Shown here one piece after another: positions 49,376 through 60,076 of a DNA stretch of 64,000 nt. Made by a program: the position numbers and the translations under genes. Numbering within the stretch: position 1 is the stretch's first letter; each line of letters begins with the position of its first letter. The notes beneath the pieces are model-generated. The model ran no database searches and was not told the origin of the DNA. It saw only the letters and a list, made by a program, of their open reading frames with translations. Source of the DNA: Acidimicrobiales bacterium (GTDB lineage Bacteria; Actinomycetota; Acidimicrobiia; Acidimicrobiales; RAAP-2); NCBI GenBank assembly GCA_035530815.1, contig DATKTZ010000042.1:7810-71809 (forward strand). Reading direction: 5' to 3'.

Positions 49376-50890
49376 ATGCGATTGGAACTGCGCGGTATCA
49401 CCAAACGATTCGGATCGTTCACCGCCAACAACAAGATCGATCTCACCGTCGAGCCCGGCCAGATCCACTGCCTGCTCGGCGAGAACGGCGCCGGCAAGTC
49501 CACCCTTATGAACGTGCTCTTCGGACTCCTGCACGCCGACGAGGGTGAGATCCTCATCGACGGCGAACCGGTCAGGTTCGCCAACTCCGGTGACGCGGTG
49601 CGCCGCGGCATCGGCATGGTGCACCAGCACTTCATGCTGGTGCCCGTATTCACCGTTGCCGAGAACGTGGTGCTCGGCTTCGAGCCGACCAAGTCGTTCA
49701 ACCGGCTCGACTACCGACGCGCGAGCGAGGAGATTCGCGAAGTCTCGCGCACCTTCAACTTGGAGGTCGATCCCGACGCCGTGATCGAAGGGTTGCCGGT
49801 GGGTCTCCAGCAGCGTGTGGAGATCCTCAAGGCGCTCACCCACGACGCGGAACTGCTGATTCTGGATGAGCCCACGGCCGTGCTCACCCCCCAAGAGATT
49901 GACGCGCTGATGGCCATCATGCGATCGCTCGCCGCGGCCGGCAAGTCGATCCTGTTCATCACCCACAAGCTCAAAGAGGTCCGTGCGGTCGCCGACGTCA
50001 TCACCATCATCCGCCAGGGCCAGGTGGTGGGCAGCGCAGAGCCCACGGCCACCGAGGCCGAGCTCGCCTCGCTCATGGTGGGCCGCGACGTCAACCTCGT
50101 CGTGCACAAAGAAGAGCGAACCCCAGGCGAGAACGTCATCGAGATACGCGATCTCGTGGTGCGCGACGATCGCGGTCTCGCCGCGGTCAACGGCGTTTCG
50201 CTCGACGTGCGAGCGGGCGAGATCGTAGCGCTCGCGGGTGTCCAGGGCAACGGCCAGACCGAGCTCGTCGAAGCGCTGGCGGGCATGCGGCCCATCGAGT
50301 CGGGGACCGTGACCCTGCGCGGCCGCGACGTCACGAACGCGTCGCCGCGCCACATCCTCGACGCGGGTCTCGGCCACATCCCCGAGGACCGCCAGCGCAA
50401 CGGACTCGTGCTCTCAATGTCGGTGGCCGACAACCTCATTCTCAATACCCCGCGCCGCACACCCTTCGCACGCCGGGGCACGCGCAATCTCGCGGCGGTC
50501 GAGACCAACGCCGCCGAACAGGTCAAGAACTTCGACATCCGTACGGGCTCAATCGACGATCCGGTCGCCTCGCTCTCGGGCGGCAACCAGCAGAAGGTCA
50601 TCGTCGCGCGAGAGCTCTCACGCCCGCTGTCGGCGCTCGTGGCGTCCCAACCCACCCGCGGCCTCGACGTCGGTTCGATCGAATACGTGCACCGCCAAAT
50701 CGTCAAGGAGCGCAACGAGGGGCTGGGCGTGCTTATCGTGTCGTCGGAGCTCGACGAGGTGCTCGCGCTGGGCGACCGCATCGCAGTGATGCACGCGGGC
50801 AAGATCAGCGGGGTCGTCGATCCGTCCACCAGCCGCGAGAACATTGGACTGTTGATGGCCGGGGCCAGCGAGGTCGGCGCGGGTGCCTAG
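49376..50890 (+). CDS. nucleoside ABC transporter ATPase (double NBD)
   Basis: GENGAGKST, GMVHQHFMLV, LSGGNQQK, QPTRGLDVG. Confidence 0.92.
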   Translation: MRLELRGITKRFGSFTANNKIDLTVEPGQIHCLLGENGAGKSTLMNVLFGLLHADEGEILIDGEPVRFANSGDAVRRGIGMVHQHFMLVPVFTVAENVVLGFEPTKSFNRLDYRRASEEIREVSRTFNLEVDPDAVIEGLPVGLQQRVEILKALTHDAELLILDEPTAVLTPQEIDALMAIMRSLAAAGKSILFITHKLKEVRAVADVITIIRQGQVVGSAEPTATEAELASLMVGRDVNLVVHKEERTPGENVIEIRDLVVRDDRGLAAVNGVSLDVRAGEIVALAGVQGNGQTELVEALAGMRPIESGTVTLRGRDVTNASPRHILDAGLGHIPEDRQRNGLVLSMSVADNLILNTPRRTPFARRGTRNLAAVETNAAEQVKNFDIRTGSIDDPVASLSGGNQQKVIVARELSRPLSALVASQPTRGLDVGSIEYVHRQIVKERNEGLGVLIVSSELDEVLALGDRIAVMHAGKISGVVDPSTSRENIGLLMAGASEVGAGA

Positions 50891-52139
50891 TTCACCGTTC
50901 AAGTCCATCGGCGCGTTGTGGAGGCGACTCACCTCGCGCGGCCCCGTCGTAGTCGCAATCTTCGCGCTGGTGCTGGGTCTGGTGGTAGGGGCGATCGTCA
51001 TCATCACCACCAGCCCGGTCATCCTGAGCGCCTGGCGAGGGATCTTTCATGGCTGGACAGCACCCGGCCACGCCCTCAAGGTCACCTTCGACAACGTGGG
51101 CGCCGCCTACCGCACGATGTTCACCGGCTCGGTGATCGACCCCCAGGGGTTCTGGCACTCGCTCACCACCGGAAAGAGTTGGTCCACCACGCTCACCCCG
51201 ATCTCCGAGACGCTCACCTACGCGACGCCGCTGGTCATTGCCAGCATCGGCGTCGGTATTGCCTTTCAGACCGGCATCTTCAATATTGGCGCCAACGGGC
51301 AGGCGATCCTGGGCGGCGTGCTCGGCGCGGCGGTCGGCTCCTTGTTGCACATGCCCACCGTCGCCCACATCCCGCTCACGCTGGTAGCCGGCGTCGCGGG
51401 CGGCATGCTCGTCGGGCTGGTGCCCGGGGTGCTGAAGGCCTATACCGGCGCCCACGAGGTCATCGTCACGCTGATGCTGAACTACGTCATCAACGGCGTT
51501 CTCTACCTCTCGCTGTTCTCGACCGCCCTGCAACTGCCCAACCAGAGCAACGACGTGTCGCGCACAATGGATCCGTCGGCCCAGCTCGCCCCGATCTTCG
51601 GCACGGCGTCGGGCCTGCGGGTGAACTACGGCCTGTTCGTCGCGATAGCGGTCGTCGCCTTCGCGTGGTGGTTTCTCGAACGCTCGTCGCTCGGCTTCGA
51701 CTTTCGAGTGACCGGCGCGAACCCGCACGCCGCACGCGCCTCGGGTATCAACGCGCGCACCGTGATCATCGTCGTCTTCGTGATCTCGGGCGGTCTGGCC
51801 GGGCTCGCCGGCATCGTCCAGGCCGCGGGCACTACCCACTTCATCGACGGGGGCTTTCTCATCGGCAACGCGGGCATCGGCTTCACGGCGATCACGGTGG
51901 CGCTGCTCGGGCGCAACCGACCGATGGGCATCGTGTGGGCCTCACTCTTGTTCGCGGCGCTCGGAGTGGGGGGTCGTGCGATGCAGGCGGCCACCGGCAT
52001 CCCCCTGGATCTGGCGACGATCATCCAGTCGGCCGTGGTGCTCTTCGTGGCGACGCCGGTGCTGGTCACCGAGATCTTTCGACTCCGCACCACCTCCACC
52101 AGCGCGGTGCAACTCGCGACCCAGGGGTGGGGATCGTGA
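50883..52139 (+). CDS. nucleoside ABC permease 1
   Basis: FNIGANGQ, HEVIVTLMLNY, ISGGLAGLAG, ITVALLGRN. Confidence 0.9.
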   Translation: MPSSPFKSIGALWRRLTSRGPVVVAIFALVLGLVVGAIVIITTSPVILSAWRGIFHGWTAPGHALKVTFDNVGAAYRTMFTGSVIDPQGFWHSLTTGKSWSTTLTPISETLTYATPLVIASIGVGIAFQTGIFNIGANGQAILGGVLGAAVGSLLHMPTVAHIPLTLVAGVAGGMLVGLVPGVLKAYTGAHEVIVTLMLNYVINGVLYLSLFSTALQLPNQSNDVSRTMDPSAQLAPIFGTASGLRVNYGLFVAIAVVAFAWWFLERSSLGFDFRVTGANPHAARASGINARTVIIVVFVISGGLAGLAGIVQAAGTTHFIDGGFLIGNAGIGFTAITVALLGRNRPMGIVWASLLFAALGVGGRAMQAATGIPLDLATIIQSAVVLFVATPVLVTEIFRLRTTSTSAVQLATQGWGS

Positions 52140-53449
52140 GCGAGGTCGCGCTCACCACGCCGCTAGCCCCGAGCACGCGGGGCACGCCGCTCATCTCGAG
52201 CACGCGCACCCGTGTCATCGGCGCAATCATGGCCGTGATCGGCGTGTTTACGTGCCTCGCCTTCGCCCTGGGTTCGGCCGCCAACGCGCACTCCGCGCTC
52301 ACGTTCAATCCGGTGGACCTGAGCGCCAACGCGCCCTGGCACGTGGGTACCCTGACGGTGCTGACCCGCTGGACAAACCTGGCCCTCGGGCTCGTGATGG
52401 TGGCCCTGGGCGTCGAGGTCATCCTGCGCCAGCCACGCCGGGGCGTCATGGTGCGCTTCGGGGCGATCGCCGTGCTGTTCTTCTTCGCCCTGATGCTCTG
52501 GGCGGTGCGCACCCCCGGACCTTCCCAGATCAACTTCTTGAATCTCACCTCGGTACTCATCGGTAGCTCCTCGGTGGCGATGGTGCTGGTCTTCGGCTCG
52601 CTCTCGGGGGTGATGTGCGAACGCGCGGGGGTGGTCAACATCGCCATCGAGGGCCAGTTCGTCGGCGGTGCATTCATTGGCGCCATGATCGCCTCGACCA
52701 CGCACAACTACATCTACGCGGGTCTCGCCGGCGCGGTCGTGGGCGCGCTGCTCGGACTGATCCTGGCCTTCCTCTCGCTGCGCTACCTGTCGGACCAAAT
52801 CATCGTGGGCGTCGTGCTCGCCACCATGCTGGCCAGCCTCTCGTCGTACCTGAACCTTCAGGTCTTCACCCCGTTTCCCCAGTTCAACATCGGCTCTCTG
52901 GCGCCGAACTTGCCGATCCCCTTACTCTCGAAGATCCCGCTGCTGGGTCCGGTGCTGTTCAACCAGACCGGCTTCTTCTACCTGATGATCGTGCTGGTGG
53001 CGCTGGTGAGCTTCGGACTGTTCAAGACCCGGTGGGGTCTTCGAGTGCGAGCAGTCGGCGAACACCCCGAGGCCGCCGCGTCGGTCGGCATTGACGTCGT
53101 GCGCACGCGTTATCGCAACGTGGTTCTAGGCGGCGCGATTGCGGGCGTGGGGGGTGTGGCGCTCATCGCGGGCCAGGGCCAGTTCCAGCCCGGCATCACC
53201 TCGGGCTACGGCTACATCGCACTGGCGGCGCTCATCTTCGGCCGCTGGCGCCCCTCGGGCGCGGTGGTGGCCTCAGTGCTGTTCGGCGTCTCGCTCTACG
53301 TCTCGTACATCTTGAAGGCCTATCAGGTCGCGGTGTCGATCTACGTCTTGGGGATGTTCCCCTACCTGATCACCATCGCGGTGGTCTCAGGGCTCATCGG
53401 ACGGGTCCGCCCACCAGCCGCCGACGGGCTCCCCTACCACCACGACTAA
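52136..53449 (+). CDS. nucleoside ABC permease 2
   Basis: ERAGVVNIAIEG, WGLRVRAVGEHPEAA, GYIALAALIFGRW, PYLITI..PAADGLPY; GTGA overlap. Confidence 0.9.
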   Translation: MSEVALTTPLAPSTRGTPLISSTRTRVIGAIMAVIGVFTCLAFALGSAANAHSALTFNPVDLSANAPWHVGTLTVLTRWTNLALGLVMVALGVEVILRQPRRGVMVRFGAIAVLFFFALMLWAVRTPGPSQINFLNLTSVLIGSSSVAMVLVFGSLSGVMCERAGVVNIAIEGQFVGGAFIGAMIASTTHNYIYAGLAGAVVGALLGLILAFLSLRYLSDQIIVGVVLATMLASLSSYLNLQVFTPFPQFNIGSLAPNLPIPLLSKIPLLGPVLFNQTGFFYLMIVLVALVSFGLFKTRWGLRVRAVGEHPEAAASVGIDVVRTRYRNVVLGGAIAGVGGVALIAGQGQFQPGITSGYGYIALAALIFGRWRPSGAVVASVLFGVSLYVSYILKAYQVAVSIYVLGMFPYLITIAVVSGLIGRVRPPAADGLPYHHD

Positions 53450-54324
53450 CCCCGAGCACCCAACTCGCCCACCACGGCACTGGCGCGGTGCATCGCGCGA
53501 CCGAGCGACTCGAGCACGTCGTGGCCGCTGAGTCGTGCCGCGAGGTACGCGCCGGTGGCCGCGTCGCCCGCGCCGGTGGTGTCGAGTACCTCGACCCCGC
53601 GCGCGGCAATGCTCGTCGTCGCCCCGTCGCACACCGCGCTCGCACCGAGCGCACCACGGGTCACCACCGCCTCGAGGAAGCGCCGTCCCAGCCACTCGAT
53701 CGCGGCCTCAACGTCGCGCGCACGCGTCAGCGTCAGCGCCTCCTCCTCGTTCGCGAAGAGCATGTCCGACGCCGCCGCGACCTCGAGGAAGACCTCCGGG
53801 GTCACCTCGGCCAGCGGGCCCGCCGAGCAGACGTCGAGCGACGTGGCCACGCCGCTCGAGTTTGCGAGCGCGAGGATCGCGCGCGCGACCTCGCGGGTGC
53901 GCTCGTCCAACACCGTGTACCCGGACACGTGCACGTGGCGAGCGTGCGCCACCAGCGCGGCGACGTCCTCGTTCATCTCGAGCAGGGCGTTGGCACCGCG
54001 GTCGGTCATCATGGCCCGCTCGCCGTCGGGCGCTACCACCGCGACGACCACGCCGGTGGAGCGATCAACAACCTGCAGGTGCGCGACAACCCTGGCGCGA
54101 GCCAACTCGGCCCGAAAGAGCTCGCCCAACGGATCATCACCCACCGCACCGATGTAGGTGACCCGATGGCCCCGGGAGGCGAGCGCTACGGCGATGTTCG
54201 CTCCCGAGCCGCCGCGGCCCACGCGCACTCGCGAGGGGGTGTCACTGGTGGGGGCCACGGGGGCCGTGGGCTTCACCACGACGTCAACCATGACGTCGCC
54301 GACCACGAGCACGTGCTCGCTCAC
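53446..54324 (-). CDS. PfkB-family kinase, probable pseudouridine kinase
   Basis: GGSGANIA, NEEEA, DTTGAGD; GTGA-coupled to psuG. Confidence 0.8.
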   Translation of the reverse strand: MSEHVLVVGDVMVDVVVKPTAPVAPTSDTPSRVRVGRGGSGANIAVALASRGHRVTYIGAVGDDPLGELFRAELARARVVAHLQVVDRSTGVVVAVVAPDGERAMMTDRGANALLEMNEDVAALVAHARHVHVSGYTVLDERTREVARAILALANSSGVATSLDVCSAGPLAEVTPEVFLEVAAASDMLFANEEEALTLTRARDVEAAIEWLGRRFLEAVVTRGALGASAVCDGATTSIAARGVEVLDTTGAGDAATGAYLAARLSGHDVLESLGRAMHRASAVVGELGARG

Positions 54325-55250
54325 CGGTGTAGGGCCGCCATTTCGGACGCGACCCGACCGGCCAGCGCGGCGTTGGCCACGACGAGGTCGCGGTTCACCC
54401 GCACGCTCTCGCCCGCGGTGTGCCGCGCGAACTCCGCGAGCATCACGGGTGTGACGTCCTTGCCGCTCACGTCGGCGCCGTTCGCCGCGTCGAGCGCCGC
54501 GGTGAGGGCCGTCTCGTGCAGCACCGCGTCAAGCTGGCACTCCGGGGTGACCGGATTGGCCAGCAGAAAGCCCGTCGCGGAGAACTCACGGTGCGCCAGG
54601 AACGTCGTGGCGGCCTCGAGCTCGCTGTGCACGGTCCAGTCGATCGCGAGTCCGCTGTCGCTGCGGTAGAAGCCCGGAAATCGGGTGGTCCGGTAGCCCA
54701 CCACGGGTACGCCCAGACTGTCGAGACGCTCCAGGGTGGCCGCGATGTCGAGGATGGACTTGACGCCCGAGGCGACCACCAGCACCGGAGTGCGTGACAA
54801 CGTCGTGAGGTCCGCCGACTCGTCGAAGCTCGCCGCGGCGCCGCGGTGCACGCCGCCGAGTCCTCCAGTCGCCATCGCGTCGATGCCGACCCGGTGCGCG
54901 ATGGCGATCGTGCCCGCGACCGTGGTGGCCCCGTCGCGGTGCAACGCTGCGGCAACGCCCACGTCGCGAGCCGAGAGCTTCGCCGCGTCGCGCGAGGGAT
55001 CAGCCAGCCGTTCGAGTTCCTCGTCGGTGAGTCCCACCACCACGGTCCCGCCGGACAGGCCGATCGTGGCGGGCACCGCGCCACCCGCGCGCACGGCCGC
55101 CTCACAGTCGGCCGCGACCTCGAGGTTCACCGGCGAAGGCAGTCCCTGGACGACGATCGTGCTCTCGAGGGCGACGACACCGCGATGCTCGTCGAGTGCG
55201 GTGGCGACTTCGTCGCTGATAACGACCGAGGTATGTCGAAAGTTGTTCAC
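54321..55250 (-). CDS. psuG: pseudouridine-5'-phosphate glycosidase
   Basis: VVALESTI, GATTVAGT, ATGGLGGVHRG, DESADL, GVKSILDI, GKDVTP. Confidence 0.92.
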   Translation of the reverse strand: MNNFRHTSVVISDEVATALDEHRGVVALESTIVVQGLPSPVNLEVAADCEAAVRAGGAVPATIGLSGGTVVVGLTDEELERLADPSRDAAKLSARDVGVAAALHRDGATTVAGTIAIAHRVGIDAMATGGLGGVHRGAAASFDESADLTTLSRTPVLVVASGVKSILDIAATLERLDSLGVPVVGYRTTRFPGFYRSDSGLAIDWTVHSELEAATTFLAHREFSATGFLLANPVTPECQLDAVLHETALTAALDAANGADVSGKDVTPVMLAEFARHTAGESVRVNRDLVVANAALAGRVASEMAALHR

Positions 55251-55275
55251 GCAACGCGAAGTGTACTGTTTAGCC

Positions 55276-55691
55276 GTGAGCACCCCCGCCGAGATCCCCT
55301 GGGATGATCTGCGCGCGCGCGCCCTCGCCGCCACCGTGCGCTCGTACGCTCCGTACTCGAAGGTCACCGTCGGCGCGGCGGGGTTCACCACCGAAGGCCA
55401 CCTCCTCGAGGGGTCCAATGTCGAGAACGCTAGCTACGGACTGACCCTGTGCGCGGAGTGCTCGCTCGTGAGCGATCTCGTGCGCTCGGGCGGTGGACGA
55501 CTCATCGCGGTGTCGATCGTGGCCGGCGACGGCGAGCCGTTGGCGCCGTGCGGGCGGTGTCGTCAGGTCCTCTACGAGCACGGGGGCGCGGACCTGCTCG
55601 TCGACGCGGGCCCCGAGCGGGCGCCCACGACGCTTGGCGCCCTGCTGCCCGAGGCCTTCGGTCCCGGCGACGTCGCCGCACGGAGCAATCA

Positions 55692-55695
<4 letters not shown>
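55276..55695 (+). CDS. cdd: cytidine deaminase
   Basis: YAPYS, NVENASYGLTLCAE, PCGRCRQ, LLPEAF. Confidence 0.93.
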
Positions 55696-56969
<1,274 letters not shown>

Positions 56970-57061
56970 GGGGCTCACGTCGATTAGCCCCTACCGCTCA
57001 CGGCAATTCGGGTGCTCCCGGTGAGCCGGCCAGCAGCACGGTTTGGAGGCGGTTATCGGCC

Positions 57062-57127
57062 CGAAAAACTACAGTTCGTGGTTCGAAAAACTACAGTTCG
57101 GGGTTCGAAAAACTACAGTTCGTGGTA
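57062..57127 (+). repeat. three tandem 22-bp direct repeats (iteron-like) overlapping a putative promoter
   Basis: CGAAAAACTACAGTTCG(T/G)GGT(T/A) at 57062, 57084 and 57106; followed by TGG-TAGCAT and ATG 6 nt later. Confidence 0.92.
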
Positions 57128-57137
57128 GCATCAACTC

Positions 57138-58433
57138 ATGGCCGGACAGTACTCACCCATGAGAGAACGAAGGGCGCTAAGCCGCGCCGAACTCCTGATG
57201 CAGGATTCCCCCGTCGTGCTCTTGGAGGGGCCTCGCTCAGTTGGGAAGTCGACGCTACTCAGACAAATAGCGCGTTCCAGAGACGGAGACGTTGTTGACC
57301 TGGACGACCCTTCGATCCAGGACGCTGTGCGGGCAGATCCATCCCGCGCGGTGGCTGGCCGCAAACTTGTCTGCATCGACGAGTACCAGAAGGCGCCGAT
57401 CGTCCTTGAAGCCATAAAGACTGAACTGAACAAAGGAGCGATGCCGGGAAGTTTCGTACTCACTGGATCGGCCAGGCACGATTCCCTGCCGCCCGCGGCT
57501 CAAGCACTGACTGGGCGCCTCACAACCTTTTCGGTGTACCCACTTTCGCAAGGAGAACAGGGAGGAGTGTACGAAAACTTCCTCGAAGTTGCCCTCGCAG
57601 AGCCCAACGCCGTCGTCACCACGGATCTCTCATCCACAACATTGGATGACTACGTCGGCCGGATCTGCCGGGGTGGGTTCCCCCTGGCACTGGGTTCGGC
57701 ATCGGACGCTGCGCGCCGCCGGTGGATTCGCGACTACATCAATCTCACACTCGAGCGTGACGTGCGTGAGCTCAGCAACCTACGACAAGGAGCCAAACTC
57801 TCGAGCCTGCTGGGGCGTCTCGCCGGACAGACCGCGCAGGTCCTGAACGTCGACAATGCCGCCACCGCCGTAAGACTGCACCCGGTCACTGCCGAGAGTT
57901 ATCTGAGTCTCCTCGAGAAGGTCTTCCTGCTCTACCGGCTCGAGTCCTGGGGCAAAACTCTCATCGCGCGATCAGTGGCCAAGCCAAAACTTCACGTTCT
58001 CGACTCGGGAGTCGCCGCCGTGCTGCTCAGGCTCACTCCAGAGAAGCTCGCATCCCTCAACGCAACCGCCAGCAGCGAGTTTGGACATCTCGTCGAGACG
58101 TTCGCCGTTGGCGAACTGCGCAAACAGGCATCGTGGGTGGATGGCATCGCGGGATTCGGGCACTGGCGAACCTACGAAGGAGCGGAAGTGGACCTGGTGG
58201 TTGAGCGTGATGATGGTGGCATCGTGGGGTTCGAGATAAAGAAGGGCTCTCGTGTCCCCGGGGACGAGCTCAAGGGCTTGCGTGCCTTGCGAGACGCTGT
58301 TGGCGACAACTTTGTTGGAGGATTCGCCATGTACCTTGGTGAGCGGTCCTATACCTATGAGGATCGCATCCACGTGGTACCGCTCGACATGCTCTGGAAG
58401 CCCCTGTCTGGACTCACCACTGGTCAGCGGTGA
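57138..58433 (+). CDS. AAA+ ATPase with DUF4143 / C-terminal PD-(D/E)xK nuclease-like domain (COG1373-like)
   Basis: Walker A GPRSVGKST, Walker B CIDEYQ, LTGS, LTGR..YPLSQGE, GGFP, PKLHVLDSG, EVDLVVE..GFEIK; visibly more A/T-ending codons than flanking genes. Confidence 0.85.
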   Translation: MAGQYSPMRERRALSRAELLMQDSPVVLLEGPRSVGKSTLLRQIARSRDGDVVDLDDPSIQDAVRADPSRAVAGRKLVCIDEYQKAPIVLEAIKTELNKGAMPGSFVLTGSARHDSLPPAAQALTGRLTTFSVYPLSQGEQGGVYENFLEVALAEPNAVVTTDLSSTTLDDYVGRICRGGFPLALGSASDAARRRWIRDYINLTLERDVRELSNLRQGAKLSSLLGRLAGQTAQVLNVDNAATAVRLHPVTAESYLSLLEKVFLLYRLESWGKTLIARSVAKPKLHVLDSGVAAVLLRLTPEKLASLNATASSEFGHLVETFAVGELRKQASWVDGIAGFGHWRTYEGAEVDLVVERDDGGIVGFEIKKGSRVPGDELKGLRALRDAVGDNFVGGFAMYLGERSYTYEDRIHVVPLDMLWKPLSGLTTGQR

Positions 58434-58984
58434 GTTGCTGGCCCAAAGGAATCGCGCCTAGGAAGAGGCCGATCCATTCAGACGGTGCTTACGGTGGTGT
58501 CTGTTCATGGGCACCAATGCAGGGTGTGCTCCTGTGAAGACTCGTGGCTTGAAGTGCGAAGACCTACGACACGAGCGAACGATCCTCGGTCGGCGCTGGG
58601 CATTTGGAATTCCCGTACGTCCCTGCCAACTCAAACCGAGCCTCCAGTTTGCGGGTGCGGCGAAGCAGGGTGTGCGACTGTCGCCCCACCCTGATCACCA
58701 TGGCCGCACCGCTCAATGATGAATCCTTCGTGAGTCGACTCCCTCACGGATACGCGAAGCGCACCCGACACATCGAATTGGGAGTTGAGAGAAGTTCCGA
58801 AGGGTCGGATCCGCAAACTCGGGCGCGGCAAGAGTTCCAGTGTCTCTCCGAACCGCAGGGACGACTTCGCATCCCAAGATTCATTGAGTTTGAAGAATCC
58901 GTCCCCAGTCGTCGGTCAAGACATTGGCTACGGAACTTCCATGAGCCCCCAAGTAGCGCCGGAGGCGGTGAGTAGCCTTGATGC

Positions 58985-60076
58985 ATGTCAGGCCCGCCGC
59001 TCACCCCTGAACTCATACGACGGGCTCCCAAGGTTCTTCTCCACGACCACCTCGACGGCGGGTTGCGTCCCGCCACCGTGCTCGAGCTGGCCAGCGACAT
59101 CGGCTACGAGGGCCTGCCGACCCGGGACCCCGACGAGTTGCGCGACTGGTTCGTCGCCGACGCGCCGGGCAGCGATCTGGTCCGCTACCTCGAAGGCTTT
59201 GCCCACACCACCGCGGTCATGCAGACCCGAGAGCAGCTCGAACGCGTGGCCGCCGAGTGCGCGATCGACCTCGCGCGCGACGGCGTCGTCTACGCCGAGG
59301 TTCGCTTCGCCCCCGAGTTGCACACGCGCGCTGGTCTGGCGCTGGACGATGTCGTGACCTCGGTGCTCGCGGGTTTCGAGCGCGGTACGCGCGACGCCGC
59401 GCTCGAGGGTCACGTCATCGTCGTGCGCGCCGTCCTCTCGGCCATGCGCCAAGCCAAGCTCAGCGAGTCAATCGCGGCGCTGGCGGTAAGTTTCCGCGAC
59501 GACGGGGTCTGCGGCTTCGACATCGCGGGACCCGAAGACGGCTTCCCGCCGACCCAGCATCTGAGCGCGTTCCACCTGGTGCAACGCGAGAACTTCCACA
59601 TGACCATTCACGCCGGCGAGGCCTTCGGCCTCCCCTCGATCTGGGAGGCCGTCCAGTTCTGCGACGCCGAGCGCCTGGGCCACGGCGTGCGAATCGCCGA
59701 TGACATCAAGCGGGTGGGTGACGACTTCGAGCTGGGCCAGCTGGCCAACTACGTGCGCGACCGTCGCATTCCGCTCGAGGTGTGCCCGACTTCCAACGTG
59801 CACACCGGCGCCGCAGTGTCCATCGCCCAGCACCCCATCGAGCTGCTGCGCACACTGCGCTTTCGCGTCACGCTCAACACGGACAACCGGCTTATGAGCG
59901 GCATCACGCTCTCGAGCGAGTTCGAGGCGTGCGCTCGGGCCTTCGACTGGACGCTCGACGATATGGAGTGGTTGACGCTCAACGCCGCCAAGAGCGCTTT
60001 CTACCGCTTCGACCACCGACTCGAGATGATCAACGCCGTGATCAAGCCCGGCTACGCTGCGCTGCGCGAACTCTAG
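58985..60076 (+). CDS. add: adenosine deaminase
   Basis: PKVLLHDHLDGG, GFDIAGPE, TIHAGE, RLGHG, EVCPTSN, NTDN. Confidence 0.93.
   Translation: MSGPPLTPELIRRAPKVLLHDHLDGGLRPATVLELASDIGYEGLPTRDPDELRDWFVADAPGSDLVRYLEGFAHTTAVMQTREQLERVAAECAIDLARDGVVYAEVRFAPELHTRAGLALDDVVTSVLAGFERGTRDAALEGHVIVVRAVLSAMRQAKLSESIAALAVSFRDDGVCGFDIAGPEDGFPPTQHLSAFHLVQRENFHMTIHAGEAFGLPSIWEAVQFCDAERLGHGVRIADDIKRVGDDFELGQLANYVRDRRIPLEVCPTSNVHTGAAVSIAQHPIELLRTLRFRVTLNTDNRLMSGITLSSEFEACARAFDWTLDDMEWLTLNAAKSAFYRFDHRLEMINAVIKPGYAALREL

Noticed and set aside
57062-57127. CRISPR array
   Set aside because: Repeats are directly adjacent with no spacers, and no cas genes are present
58434-58984. ORFs 58604-58975 and 58785-59357 as genes
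   Set aside because: No recognisable motif or RBS; left as unexplained DNA
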